Assembly (NCBI GenBank): GCA_963772725.1
Contig: CAVYYI010000005.1
Coordinates: 1 to 64,000, forward strand
Reading direction: 5' to 3'
DNA length: 64,000 nt
Source: an uncultured Phycisphaerales bacterium
GTDB taxonomy: Bacteria > Planctomycetota > Phycisphaerae > Sedimentisphaerales > Anaerobacaceae
The notes under the pieces were generated by a model. That model was given only the letters and a program-made list of their open reading frames with translations, ran no database searches and was not told the DNA's origin. Shown here piece by piece: positions 53,060-64,000 of this stretch (positions within the stretch are counted from its first letter, which is position 1; the number at the start of each line of letters is the position of its first letter). Position numbers and translations under genes: made by a program.

Positions 53060-53275
53060 CTTCAACTTCTTCTCAAAGATATTGAGGCTGCAACTTCAGT
53101 TTTTCAGTTGCGCTTGTTTTATCGCGTCAGTATATATAGGCAATTTCCTTGAGTGATATAAGGAGAAATCTTATATTGAAACTTCCAATCAAGTTTAGAC
53201 TTATGAGTAAAATGAAAGAATATAAGTCGTTCTTCTATAGCTGCTTGAGCAGATTTTAGCGAAAGGAGACTTACC

Positions 53276-56019
53276 ATGAAAAACAATGAAGAATCAAAGC
53301 GACTTTTGGAAGCGCGCGACAAGAATGTTCCCTGGAAAAAATGGGGGCCGTATCTCAGCGAGCGGCAATGGGGAACGGTGCGCGAGGACTATAGCGAAGG
53401 GGGTGATGCCTGGAACTTCTTTACTCACGATCATGCCCGCTCCCGCGCCTACCGGTGGGGCGAAGATGGTCTGGCGGGCATCTCTGACGATAAGCAGCGG
53501 CTCTGCTTTGCCCTGGCCCTGTGGAACGGGAAGGACCCCATCCTCAAAGAGCGTCTCTTCGGGCTCACCAACAGTGAGGGAAATCACGGCGAGGATGTGA
53601 AAGAATACTACTTCTACCTTGACAGCACGCCGACCCACTCGTACATGAAGTATCTCTACAAGTATCCCCAGGCTGCCTATCCCTATAATGATCTCGTGCG
53701 GACGAACAGACAGCGGACGCGGGATGAGATGGGAATATGAACTTCTCGACACCGGCGTCTTCAATGACGACCGATACTTCGACGTCTTCGTGGAGTATGC
53801 CAAAGCCGGTCCGGAAGACATCCTGATGCGGATCACGGCAGTCAACCGTGGACCGGAAGCGGCCGAACTGCATCTGCTGCCGACACTGTGGTTTCGGAAC
53901 GACTGGGCGGCGTGGATTGCCGAATCCAGCAGGGCTGCCGAGAAACCAAACCTCAAAAAGATCAAGGACAGCGCCTGGCACAAGCGCTGTCGCGGCAACG
54001 CATCCACTGCTGGGTGAATTTATCCTTTCCTGCGAAGGTGATGTGCCGCTGCTCTTCACTGAGAACGAGACGAACCATGAACGGCTTTTCCCTGGACAAA
54101 AGAACGAAAGCCCCTACGTCAAGGACGGAATCAACAATTACGTGGTACATGGCCGAAAGGAGACAGTGAATCCTGAAAATCAGGGCACCAAGGTCGCGGC
54201 ACGCTACAAACTCAATGTCGGCGCCGGTCAGACCAAAGTGATTCGCCTGAGGCTTTCCAACATTTCTGCGGACAAGAGGGACAAACCCTTTGGAAAGAAT
54301 TTTGATGAAGTTTTCGCTGACAGGCTTCGTGAGGCTGATGAGTTTTACAAGTCGGTGACGCCGCCATCAGTGAGCCAAGACGCTGCAAATGTGATGCGTC
54401 AGGCCATCGCCGGCATGCTTTGGAGCAAGCAGTTCTACTTCTTCGACGGTAACAACTGGCTGGATGAACATCACTCCAACCCCCTTCATACCGGATATCG
54501 CAACTCCAGGAACTCGGAGTGGTTCCACATGGTTAACGAGGACATCATCTCCATGCCCGACAAGTGGGAGTACCCCTGGTATGCGGCCTGGGACCTGGCC
54601 TTCCACACGCTGCCGCTTTCTATCGTCGACCCCGACTTCGCCAAGGAGCAGATGAAGTTGATGCTCCGTGGTGTCTATCTGCATCCAAGCGGCCAGATGC
54701 CCGCCTATGAGTGGAACTTCAGCGATGTGAACCCCCCGGTCCACGCATGGGCGACGTTGTTCCTCCACCGCACCGAGCAGGCCCTTCGCGGCGAGACAGA
54801 CGTGGATTTCCTCAAGTCGGCATTCAATAAGTTGCTCTTGAACTTCACCTGGTGGATGAACCGCAAGGACCGCTTCGGCAAGAACGTCTTCGAGGGCGGC
54901 TTCCTTGGCCTCGACAACATCGGCATCTTCGACCGCAGTGCGCCGTTGCCTACTGGTGGCCACCTGGAGCAGGCGGATGGCACGGCGTGGATGGCTCTCT
55001 TCAGCCAGAACATGCTGGAGCTCGCGGTGGAGATCACCGCCCACGACCCAGCCTATGAAGACATGGTCGTGAAGTTCGTGGAGCACTTCGCATATATTGC
55101 CGCCGCCATGAACCGTCCCGGTCAGGACGGCATGTGGGACGAGGCGGATGGCTTCTACTACGATCTGCTGCAGCTCCCCGACGGCAGCGCCACGCGGCTC
55201 AAGGTGCGCTCGATGGTGGGCCTTCTGCCCCTGTGCGCCGCGACGGTGATCGAGAAATGGCAGCGGGAGCGCGTACCGCGGGCTATGGCTCAGCTTATGG
55301 CACGTCATCGCCGGATGCCTGAACTGCGGGAGACTATGCACCCCACAGGCCCGGGACACTTGGGCGTAGCCGAGCGTGGGATCATTGCCATGGTCAACCC
55401 GGAGCGGCTCCGCCGGATCCTTACAAAGATGCTCGACGAGAACGAGTTCCTCGGCCCCTATGGCATCCGCTCGCTCTCGAAGTTTCACGAACGGCATCCC
55501 TATATCTTGCACGTAGGCGGCCAAGAGTACCGTGTGGACTACCTGCCGGGCGAGTCGAACACAGGTATGTTCGGCGGCAACTCCAACTGGCGGGGGCCGG
55601 TCTGGATGCCGGTGAACGCCATGATCATCCGGGCTCTCCTGAACTTCTACCTGTACTACGGCGACAACTTCAAAATCGAGTGTCCCACGGGGTCAGGGAA
55701 GATGATGAACCTCTTCGAGGTGAGCAAGGAGATCGCCGATCGGCTCAGCCGGATCTTTTTGCGCGACGGACACGGCCGGCGACCTGTTTACGGCGGCACG
55801 GAGAAATTTCAGACCGATCCCCACTGGCGCGACCACATTCTCTTTTACGAGTACTTCCACGGCGATAATGGTGCCGGGCTCGGTGCGAGCCATCAGACCG
55901 GCTGGACCGGGCTGGTGGCCAAGCTCATCCAGCTTTACGGCCTTTTGGATCCCAAGCAGGTACTGGAAGTGGGCAAGCAGGCCGCGTTCATTCAGGGCAC
56001 CAGCGGGGAGAGACCTTAA
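53276..56019 (+). CDS. GH63/MGH1-like glucosidase, frameshifts near 53730 and 53970
   Basis: [69 protein letters not shown]-rich. Confidence 0.9.
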
Positions 56020-56290
56020 ATGAAATTTCCCAAGTCAACATCCAGAGACGGTTTATTCCTTGAGCCATTCGTGGGCAATACTGAGTCAGGTCGCATAGGC
56101 CCGCGCATGGCCGGACGAGTACACTCCGTAACAAAAAAGAGGAGATGAACCCTATGCAAAATGGACACACTTCATGGTTAGGGCTGACTGTCGTTGGCTT
56201 TTTTATCGTGCTTCCAGTGCTGCTGGATAGATTGGTGCTTGAAAAGATATACCAAACTTTGAAGGTGGCGGTAGATCCAAGGAAAAGTCT

Positions 56291-56908
56291 ATGGAAGAGT
56301 TTTCATTTATCTTCACGGTATTCTTCATGCTGCTTGGGCCGGTTAAGCTTATCCCGTTCTTTGCTGGTGTGACACGAGGCACGGACAGCCGATTCAAGCG
56401 GAGCGTAGCTATCCGGGGTACTGTGATTGCCTCATCGCTCTGTGCGTTTGTGGCACTGGCAGGGGGGACTCTCCTGGGTAAGTATCGCATCTCTATTGAC
56501 GCGTTGCGAATCTCAGGAGGATTGGTCCTGCTGATCGCCGCGCTGCAGGTCATCTTTCAAAAAGGACTTTCGTCAAGCCCAAGCTCCGGCACACCCACCG
56601 CAAACCAACTCGCCGCTTCGCCAGTTGCCGTTCCGGGTATCGTGCCGCCTGCCAGCGTCGCTGCCATATTGATCTTCATGATGCTTGCACCGCAGTACCC
56701 GGGGATGATGCAATCTGTAACCATCTGCCTGGCTATCATGATGGTGCTGGATTTCATGGTGATGTACTTCATCGACTGGGTCATAAAGATACCGGGTCTG
56801 ATGATTATTCTCACTGTAATTGGCTCTGTACTGATATTTGTGCAAATATGTCTGGCCATAGAAATCTTTCTGAATGCTCTCAAGAATTTGGAAATTATCA
56901 AAGTCTAA
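56291..56908 (+). CDS. MarC family membrane protein
   Basis: F.LLGP, IS..ALRISGG.VL, SP.A.P.IV.P. Confidence 0.85.
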   Translation: MEEFSFIFTVFFMLLGPVKLIPFFAGVTRGTDSRFKRSVAIRGTVIASSLCAFVALAGGTLLGKYRISIDALRISGGLVLLIAALQVIFQKGLSSSPSSGTPTANQLAASPVAVPGIVPPASVAAILIFMMLAPQYPGMMQSVTICLAIMMVLDFMVMYFIDWVIKIPGLMIILTVIGSVLIFVQICLAIEIFLNALKNLEIIKV

Positions 56909-57038
56909 AGAAAGAAAGCGGGAAAACTGGTCTCAATCCAATGTGGCAGAGATACCGAGGTAAGGATGCACGCACGATGAATTCCTCAGCCCCGATTTGC
57001 TTTCGGCGAGTAAAAGGGTAAGCCTTTTTATGTTACGG

Positions 57039-58295
57039 CTATTTCTCCATTTCCAAAAGGAAGGGTTTCTCAAGGGCATCGACAATCCAGGTTAGGAAGC
57101 GGACGGCTTCAGCGCCATCTATGAGCCTGTGGTCGTAGGAAAGCGATAAGGGGACAATCAGGCGAGGCTGAAGCTGGCCGTTGAAGTAGAGCGGTTTTTG
57201 TGCGGCACGGGCGACGCCGAGAATCGCGACTTGAGGCCAGTATATAATGGGGGCGAAATTTGTCCCGCCTATACCGCCGAGATTTGAGATGGTAAAATTG
57301 CCGCCTACCATTTCATCGGGCGAGACCTGACCTGTGCGAGTTTTCTCAGATAATTCGGTAAGCTCGACGGCAAGCTGTAAAATGGTCTTTTTATCGACGT
57401 CGCGGACGACGGGGACTAAAAGGCCGCGTTCGGTTTCTACGGCGACATTGATGTGATAATATTTTTTATAGATGATTTCCCCTGCTACGGGATCGAGACT
57501 CGCGTTAAATTTCGGAAAATGCTTAAGTGCTTCGCCGACAACTTTTAATAATATCGCCGTTATGGTAAGTTTGCCGCCGGCATGCTCGGCCTTGGGGGCG
57601 TACTCCTTTCGGAATTCCTCAAGCATCGTAATATCCGCCTGGCTGTATTGCGTAACGTGCGGAATTGTGTGCCAGGCATAAGTTAGCGTGTCGGCGATTT
57701 TTTTGCGGGTAACGGTCATGGGCTGGCGTTCGATAGTTCCCCATTTAGAGAAATCCGGCAGCGGCATAGCTACAACTTCCTCGCGAGAAGCTGCTCCACC
57801 GCTGATAAGCTGTTTGACATACTGTTTAATATCCTCAGCGGAAATTCTGCCATCAGGGCCTGTGCCGCGAACCTTTTCAATATCGACACCCAGTTCCCCT
57901 GCCAGATGACGGACAGATGGGGCAACAGGAATGGCTCCTGAAACGGATGGAGTTGTTTCTTCGGGTGCTTGTTTATTCTCAGGCTTGCGAATAATCTCCT
58001 GATGTTCCTGCGGTTGCGGCTGTGTTGGCGGCGCAGTTTTTTTCATTTCAGGCGGAGCGGCGGTATCGACTTTTATAATGACCTGGCCGGTTTTGACTTT
58101 CTGGCCGGGCTTTAGATTTACTTCTATTACCTTTCCGCTGATGGGCGAAGGGACATCGAAGGTCGCTTTTTCGGTTTCAAGTTCGGCGATGGGCTGTTCG
58201 GCTTTTATGAAGTCACCAGGTTTTACCAGGACAGAGATAACATCGCCGGAATCAACATTCTCAGATATTTCAGGCAGGCGAACTTCTTCAATCAT
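57039..58295 (-). CDS. aceF: Pyruvate dehydrogenase E2, single lipoyl domain
   Basis: ELETEKA, APSVR.LA..GTGPDGRI, FTISNLG, SYDHRLIDG. Confidence 0.9.
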   Translation of the reverse strand: MIEEVRLPEISENVDSGDVISVLVKPGDFIKAEQPIAELETEKATFDVPSPISGKVIEVNLKPGQKVKTGQVIIKVDTAAPPEMKKTAPPTQPQPQEHQEIIRKPENKQAPEETTPSVSGAIPVAPSVRHLAGELGVDIEKVRGTGPDGRISAEDIKQYVKQLISGGAASREEVVAMPLPDFSKWGTIERQPMTVTRKKIADTLTYAWHTIPHVTQYSQADITMLEEFRKEYAPKAEHAGGKLTITAILLKVVGEALKHFPKFNASLDPVAGEIIYKKYYHINVAVETERGLLVPVVRDVDKKTILQLAVELTELSEKTRTGQVSPDEMVGGNFTISNLGGIGGTNFAPIIYWPQVAILGVARAAQKPLYFNGQLQPRLIVPLSLSYDHRLIDGAEAVRFLTWIVDALEKPFLLEMEK

Positions 58296-58310
58296 TTTCG
58301 CTAACTCCTT

Positions 58311-60975
58311 TTAAATCGATAAAGGCGAAACCTTTTCCGGGTCTATATTCAAATCTTTTATTGCGTTTTCAACAATATCGGGCTGTATAACGCCTTGGGC
58401 AGCTAAAGCCTGTAATGCGGCCAAAGTGATAAAACGCACGTCGACTTCGAAATAATTTCGCAGACTGGTGCGGCTGTCGCTTCTGCCGTAACCATCGGTT
58501 CCGAGTGAGATTAATCGGCCCGGTATCCATTTGGCGATTGAGTAAGGGAGAGTTTTTAAATAATCCGAAGCGGCTACAAAAATGTTTCCCGCATTTTCGA
58601 AGCATTGCTGAACATAAGAAATCCGTGGCGTCTGCGAGGGATGGAGCATATTCCAGCGGTCTGTTTCGACCGCGTCGGTATATAGCTCTTTATAACTGGT
58701 AACGCTCCAAACGTCCGTGCTTATGTTATATTTTGATTCGAGCATTTCGTGAGCTTTGATGACTTCATTCATTATGGTGCCGCTTCCTAAGAGATTTACT
58801 TTTGCTATGGCGTCTTTTTTGTCGGAGGCTTTGTATTTGTACAAGCCTTTAAGGATGCCTTCTGTAACGCCCTGAGGCATGGGAGGCATTTTATAGAACT
58901 CGTTCATAATGGTGATGTAATAAAAAATGTTTTCCTGTTTTTTATACATTCTGCGGATTCCCTCGCGTACGATTACGGCCAGTTCATAGGCGAAAGCGGG
59001 GTCGTAGGCTTTAAGGTTAGGGACGGCAAAGGCGAAATGATGACTGTGGCCGTCCTGGTGCTGAAGGCCTTCGCCGGCCATCGTTGTCCGGCCTGAGATT
59101 CCACCTGCAAGAAAACCTTTTGCCATGCAGTCTCCGGCAGCCCAAATGAGGTCAAACATTCGATGACAGCCGAAAATAGAATAGAAGAAATAGAATGGGA
59201 TTGTATTGATTCCATGTGTTGCGTAGGCTGTTCCGGCGGCTATAAAGGACGACATCGCGCCGGCTTCGGTTATTCCTTCTTCAAGAATCGCGCCATCTTT
59301 TTGTTCGTTGTAGTACAGCAGGCTTTCCTTATCCACGGGCTCGTATAACTGTCCAAGCGGCGAATAAATCCCGGTGTTCCTGAACAGTGACTCCATTCCG
59401 AAGGTTCGTGCCTCATCCGGCACAATAGGAACAATTAACTTTCCTATTTCCTTATCTTTCAGGAGGTTTGACAACAGCTTGACCATGACCATTGTTGTTG
59501 CGACTTCTCTATCGCCGCTGCCTTTATAAAATTCTTCGAATAACTCATCTGCTGGGGGTTTTATCGGTTCAACTTTCGCTGTGCGAGAGGGAATGTAGCC
59601 GCCGAGTTTTTTCCGGCATTTTTGAAGATACTTAATTTCTTCACTTTCCTCCGCCGGCTTATAAAAAGGTGTCTCCTGCACTTCACCATCGGGTATGGGT
59701 ATGCCGAACCGGTTTCTGAATTCAAGCAGTTCCTGTTCATTAAGTTTTTTCTGCTGGTGGGTAATATTCCTGCCTTCACCAGCTTCACCCAGGCCGTAAC
59801 CTTTTATTGTCTGGGCCAGAATAACAGTCGGTGAACCTTTATGTTCTACAGCCGCTTTATACGCCGCATAAACCTTTACCGGGTCGTGGCCTCCCCTGCT
59901 GAGTTTTTCGATTTGTTCGTCGGAATAGTTTTCCACCATTTCAAGCAAACGTTTGTCTACTCCGAAAAAATCTTTACGAATATAATCGCCCCGTGAAACG
60001 GTGTATTTCTGATACTGCCCGTCAGGAATTTCCTGCATACGTCTGGCGAGAATTCCATCTTTATCCCTGCTGAGCAGAATGTCCCAGTCGGAGCCCCAGA
60101 TAACTTTAATCACATTCCAGCACGCCCCGGCGAAAACAGCTTCGAGTTCCTGAATAATTTTGCCGTTACCGCGTACGGGGCCATCCAATCTTTGCAGGTT
60201 GCAATTGATAACGAAAATAAGATTATCAAGTTTTTCTCTCGCAGCAAGGCTAATAGCGCCGAGACTTTCCGGCTCATCCATTTCTCCATCGCCTAAAAAT
60301 ACCCACACTTTCTGGTCGGAAGGTTTTTTCAAGCCGCGATTTTCAAGATAACGATTAAAACGCGCCTGATAGATTGACGTAATCGGTGAAAGTCCCATCG
60401 AAACGGTCGGAAATTGCCAAAAATCCGGCAGGAGTCTTGGATGAGGATATGACGGCAGCCCCCCGCCTGAGTTAAGCTCACGTCTGAAGTTTTCAAGGTC
60501 GGTCCAGGAAAAACGTCCTTCCAAAAATGCCCTGGCGTAAATACCAGGACTGGCGTGTCCCTGAAAATAAATTATGTCACCATCCTGCTCCTGATTTTTC
60601 GCGGAAGAAATGATTAAACCCAACCTCGAAAAGAGTCGCCGCCGAGGCGTATGTTGAAATATGTCCGCCGATGCCATGTTCCATTCTGTTGGCTCGCACC
60701 ACCATCGCCATTGCGTTCCAGCGAATTATACTTTTGATGCGGCGTTCGATTTCACGCTTACCGGGATAAGGAGGCTGCTGATGTAACGGTATTGTGTTAA
60801 TGTAAGGGGTCGTATTAACGTGGCTGATTTTTATTCCGAATTTTTGTGCTTTGACGTGAAGCAGGTCAAACAGTTCCTGAACCCTTTGCGGCCCCTCATT
60901 GAGCATCACATCTTCAAGAGACTCAATCCATTCCTTATTTTCGAGCTGGGCAAGCTTTGAATCTATTCTGTCCAC
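58311..60975 (-). CDS. aceE: Pyruvate dehydrogenase E1, homodimeric type, frameshift near 60600
   Basis: RWNAMAMV, GGHISTYAS, QGHASPG.YAR, GDGEMDEPE, NLQRLDGP, GEGLQHQDG. Confidence 0.94.
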
Positions 60976-61141
60976 AAAGTTCTCTCCACACCTAATATGC
61001 CTGCTTTTAAAATTTCCATAATCAACACATATTTTTTTAACCTACCGGTGATGAATTTGAAATAAGGAAAATCCTTGTTTAAGGGTAGTAAAAAGCCTAA
61101 GACTGGAAATTGAACGGATTAAAAGTCTTCTGTTTATAGCG

Positions 61142-62571
61142 TTAGCCTTTGACACAAATCAGAGGCACAAGTTCGGCTACCCTGTTAGCCAACTGTGCCT
61201 TTTCAGTCGCGTAGGCGACCACGCTGACATCCTTATAAGCCAGCGGCGCTTCTTCAGCGATTCCGCGAGCCGATGCGCATTTGATGATTATACCTTTTTG
61301 GCTTAGTGTTTTAACAATCTCTCTGCCGTTCCATCTTTTAGTGGCCTGCGTTCTGCTCATAGCCCTGCCTGCGCCGTGAGAACACGAACCGAAGGACAGG
61401 CTCATACCTTTTTGCGTGCCGGCCAGAATATATGATGATGTCCCCATAGTACCGCCTATAAGCACCGGCTGACCGAACGGCCGTATATTCTCCGGCAGCG
61501 AGGGATGTCCCGGCCCAAAAGCGCGAGTGGCGCCTTTGCGATGCACAAATAACTTTCTCATCTTACCGTCAACCTCGTGTTCCTCAAGTTTACAGGTATT
61601 ATGAGACACATCGTAGAGCAGTTTCAAATCCGCCCTGGGAATAACCTGGCTGAAAACCTCTCGTACCAGATGTGTCAGCATCTGGCGATTCGCGATAGCG
61701 CAGTTAATACCGGCACACATCGCTCCGATATACTGCTGTCCGACATTTGAATTAATAGGCGCACAGGCGAGGTCTCTTTCCGGCAATTTTATTCCCGCTT
61801 CATTGGCAGCTTTAAGCATTCGCGGAAGAAAATCCGTCGCTACCTGGTGTCCCAATCCTCTTGAGCCGCAATGAATACTTATCACAATGTCATCCTGCTT
61901 GATGCCATAAGCCTGCGCTATTTTAACATCGAAAATTTCCACTACTTTCTGCACTTCAAGATAGTGATTGCCCGAACCAAGCGTGCCTACTTCTTCTTTT
62001 TGACGTTCTTTGGCGTGGTCGGAGACATATCTCGGCTGGGCACCGGGCATTTTACCATCCTCTTCGATGCGCTCAAGGTCTTGTTTTGTGCCGTACCCTT
62101 TATCTACAGCCCATTGCCCCCGCCAATCAGCATTTCATCAATTTCACTATAGGAAAGTTTCAGCCTTCCGGTACTGCCCACCCCCGCAGGAATCCGATGC
62201 GCTAAAACTTCTGCGAGTTTGCCTTTTACAGGCTCAATTTCATTAGAGGTAAGTCCTGTCAAAATCGCACGCACGCCGCAGGAAATATCGAACCCCACAC
62301 CGCCAGCGGAAATGATGCCGCCTTTTTCGGGGTCGAACGCCGCCACACCGCCTATCGGAAAACCATAGCCCCAGTGTGCATCAGGCATCGCATAAGAGGC
62401 CTTAACTATACCAGGCAGTCTGGCGACATTTATCCCCTGCTCATAAACCTTATCATCAAGCTCTTTTATAATGGTATCATCGCCGAAAATAATAAACGGA
62501 ACGAGCATATCATCGAACGGCTCAATCCGCCATTGATAACCGGCCTGCTTTTTTACCTTGTCTGCGTACAT
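61142..62571 (-). CDS. rtcB: RNA ligase RtcB, frameshift near 62117
   Basis: MPDAHWGYGFPIGG, GFDISCG, GTLGSGNHYLE, H.GSRG.GH, HRKGAT, HGAGR, EEAP.AYK. Confidence 0.94.
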
Positions 62572-62586
62572 CGTCAATCCTTCCAG

Positions 62587-63011
62587 CTATATATCAATAA
62601 TGCACTGGGCAATCCATATTTCGTTTGAGTCCCGATAGACTTTAAGGTCTGAATAGGTAGCGCCTTTAATCTCCACGGAAGGGTTATGTTTTTTTAAATC
62701 CAGTTTTTCACCCCACGCTTTGCCACTCAAATGTCCGCCGCTTGTCGCAACTTCAAATATTGCCCGAATATCATTTTTCGAGTTGCCATTTCATACAGGA
62801 TGCCATTAAGCCACGCGATAAATAATAATTCCTCGTCGTCGCCATGGCATGAAATTTCGACCTGCTCATCACATCTGATTGTTTTCAGCTCAACACTGAC
62901 CGCGATCATTGCCAATGCAGCCTGGGCAAAGGCCTGCTCCTTTGTTGAACCGAAACCGCGTATTCCCATATCGGCGGTATGCGAATAATGCTCCCAGCCA
63001 GTTTTTTTCAT
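62587..63011 (-). CDS. Archease, frameshift about 62730-62760
   Basis: HTADMG.RGFG; C-terminus VEIKGATY..IID in a shifted frame; directly upstream of rtcB. Confidence 0.88.
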
Positions 63012-63050
63012 AAGAATATTTAACAGCCCGCCGCTTCAATAGTCAACAAT

Positions 63051-63620
63051 TCATTCTGCCCGATTATCTGGCACGACTTTTTCATGCGTATGTTCGGCTT
63101 TCTTGTGGCCGGCCACTTTTAAGTATTTAAGGATTTCTCTGCAAAATGCCGGCAGGTCGCTCGGATTCCTGGAAGTTATCAGGTTGTCATCCACAACAAC
63201 TTCCTGGTCGGTAAATCTTGCGCCGGCGTTTATGACATCGTCTTTTATCGCGTAATAGCAGGTGACATTTTTGCCCTGCAGTATTCCCGCGGAAACGAGA
63301 ACCGACCCTGCGTGGCAAATCGCCGCGACAAGCTTGCCTGCCTCGTACATTTCCTTTACAAACAGGTTTATCTTTGCTTCTCTTCGCAACAAATCCGGCG
63401 CGTACCCGCCTGGAATAATAACACCATCAAAGTCGGACTCTTTTATATTCTTGACCGTCATTTCTTCCCCTGCCGGGTACCATTCCTTGCTTCGATATTC
63501 TTTCTGTCTGCCTGGACCAACCAATACAGGCTGAAAGCCTTCTTCTTTCAGCCTCAAATACGGATACCATAGTTCCAGAACCTGATATTGGTCTTCGACT
63601 AAAACCGCTATTTTTTTCAT
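63051..63620 (-). CDS. PfpI/DJ-1 family protein
   Basis: E..YP, IPGG.APD.LR, AAICH, D.NLITSR.P.DLP. Confidence 0.92.
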   Translation of the reverse strand: MKKIAVLVEDQYQVLELWYPYLRLKEEGFQPVLVGPGRQKEYRSKEWYPAGEEMTVKNIKESDFDGVIIPGGYAPDLLRREAKINLFVKEMYEAGKLVAAICHAGSVLVSAGILQGKNVTCYYAIKDDVINAGARFTDQEVVVDDNLITSRNPSDLPAFCREILKYLKVAGHKKAEHTHEKVVPDNRAE

Positions 63621-63646
63621 TTTGCCCCCTTTCTCACAAAATACCG

Positions 63647-63832
63647 CTACAACTTATCAGGGTTGCAGAGATTTTTTTTATCCCCCGCAACGCGTCCGCA
63701 GTTTTTACAGTAACAGTTTCCGTTCCTGACAAGTTTCTTGTATTCCTCGGCGTGGCTGAATTGAAAACCAACGTTGTTCAGATAGCACAGATGTTCATTG
63801 TCCTCCGGATGAGGCATTTCTACTTTTTCCAT
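63647..63832 (-). CDS. Small Cys/His-rich protein, putative metal-binding
   Basis: H....HLC ... CYCKNCGR......LC.P; GAGGAG SD. Confidence 0.72.
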   Translation of the reverse strand: MEKVEMPHPEDNEHLCYLNNVGFQFSHAEEYKKLVRNGNCYCKNCGRVAGDKKNLCNPDKL

Positions 63833-64000
63833 TTTATTCTCCTCAAAAAAACTAACCTTTTTGGTAAAGTCTATCCCCTCATACAGATACGATAAATAAG
63901 CAAGTTCCTTAAAACCTGAACTTTGGATAAGGATACAAGAAAAACGGCCTATCTGCCGATGGGAATAATAGTTTTGTAAATATTATTAACCCAGTAGGCA

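Noticed and set aside
54367..55524. 385-aa minus-strand ORF
   Set aside because: Antisense shadow of the GC-rich GH63 gene; no recognisable motifs.

Overview
Bacterial chromosomal window, probably Planctomycetota (Phycisphaerae-like); this is inferred from a PEP-CTERM/LamG protein, a long multi-PDZ RseP, a one-Cys DksA and the general gene repertoire. Housekeeping and metal-uptake genes include yacG, a dksA-like gene, mutL, gpmI, dxr-rseP, rmuC, folE, pepA, prfB, DtxR-feoA-feoB, tRNA-Pro(GGG), aceEF and archease-rtcB. There is also a glycosylation region (divergent SHMT-like enzyme, WbpD/WbpE-like genes, GT2, GT-C, hyaluronan-synthase-like GT2, GT9, TMTC-like), an alpha-glucan operon (GT4-GH57-CBM48) and a roughly 7.7 kb accessory block after tRNA-Pro. 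About 13 genes, some normally essential, are split by 1-bp indels that look like sequencing or assembly errors; only the prfB shift looks programmed. Best leads: twin back-to-back ECF promoters (TGAAAC-N14-ATGCGACTAA) for a sigma/anti-sigma/DUF6249-like cassette lying inside an ABC transporter cluster; an SHMT-like enzyme with altered catalytic motifs heading amino-sugar genes; a 161-bp MITE with 23-bp TIRs, a 9-bp TSD and a nested REP-like palindrome; two DtxR-type operators; an unannotated 58-aa partner of a zeta-like ATPase; stop-codon-anchored palindromic repeats; and a candidate anti-SD sRNA. No CRISPR array or rRNA was seen.
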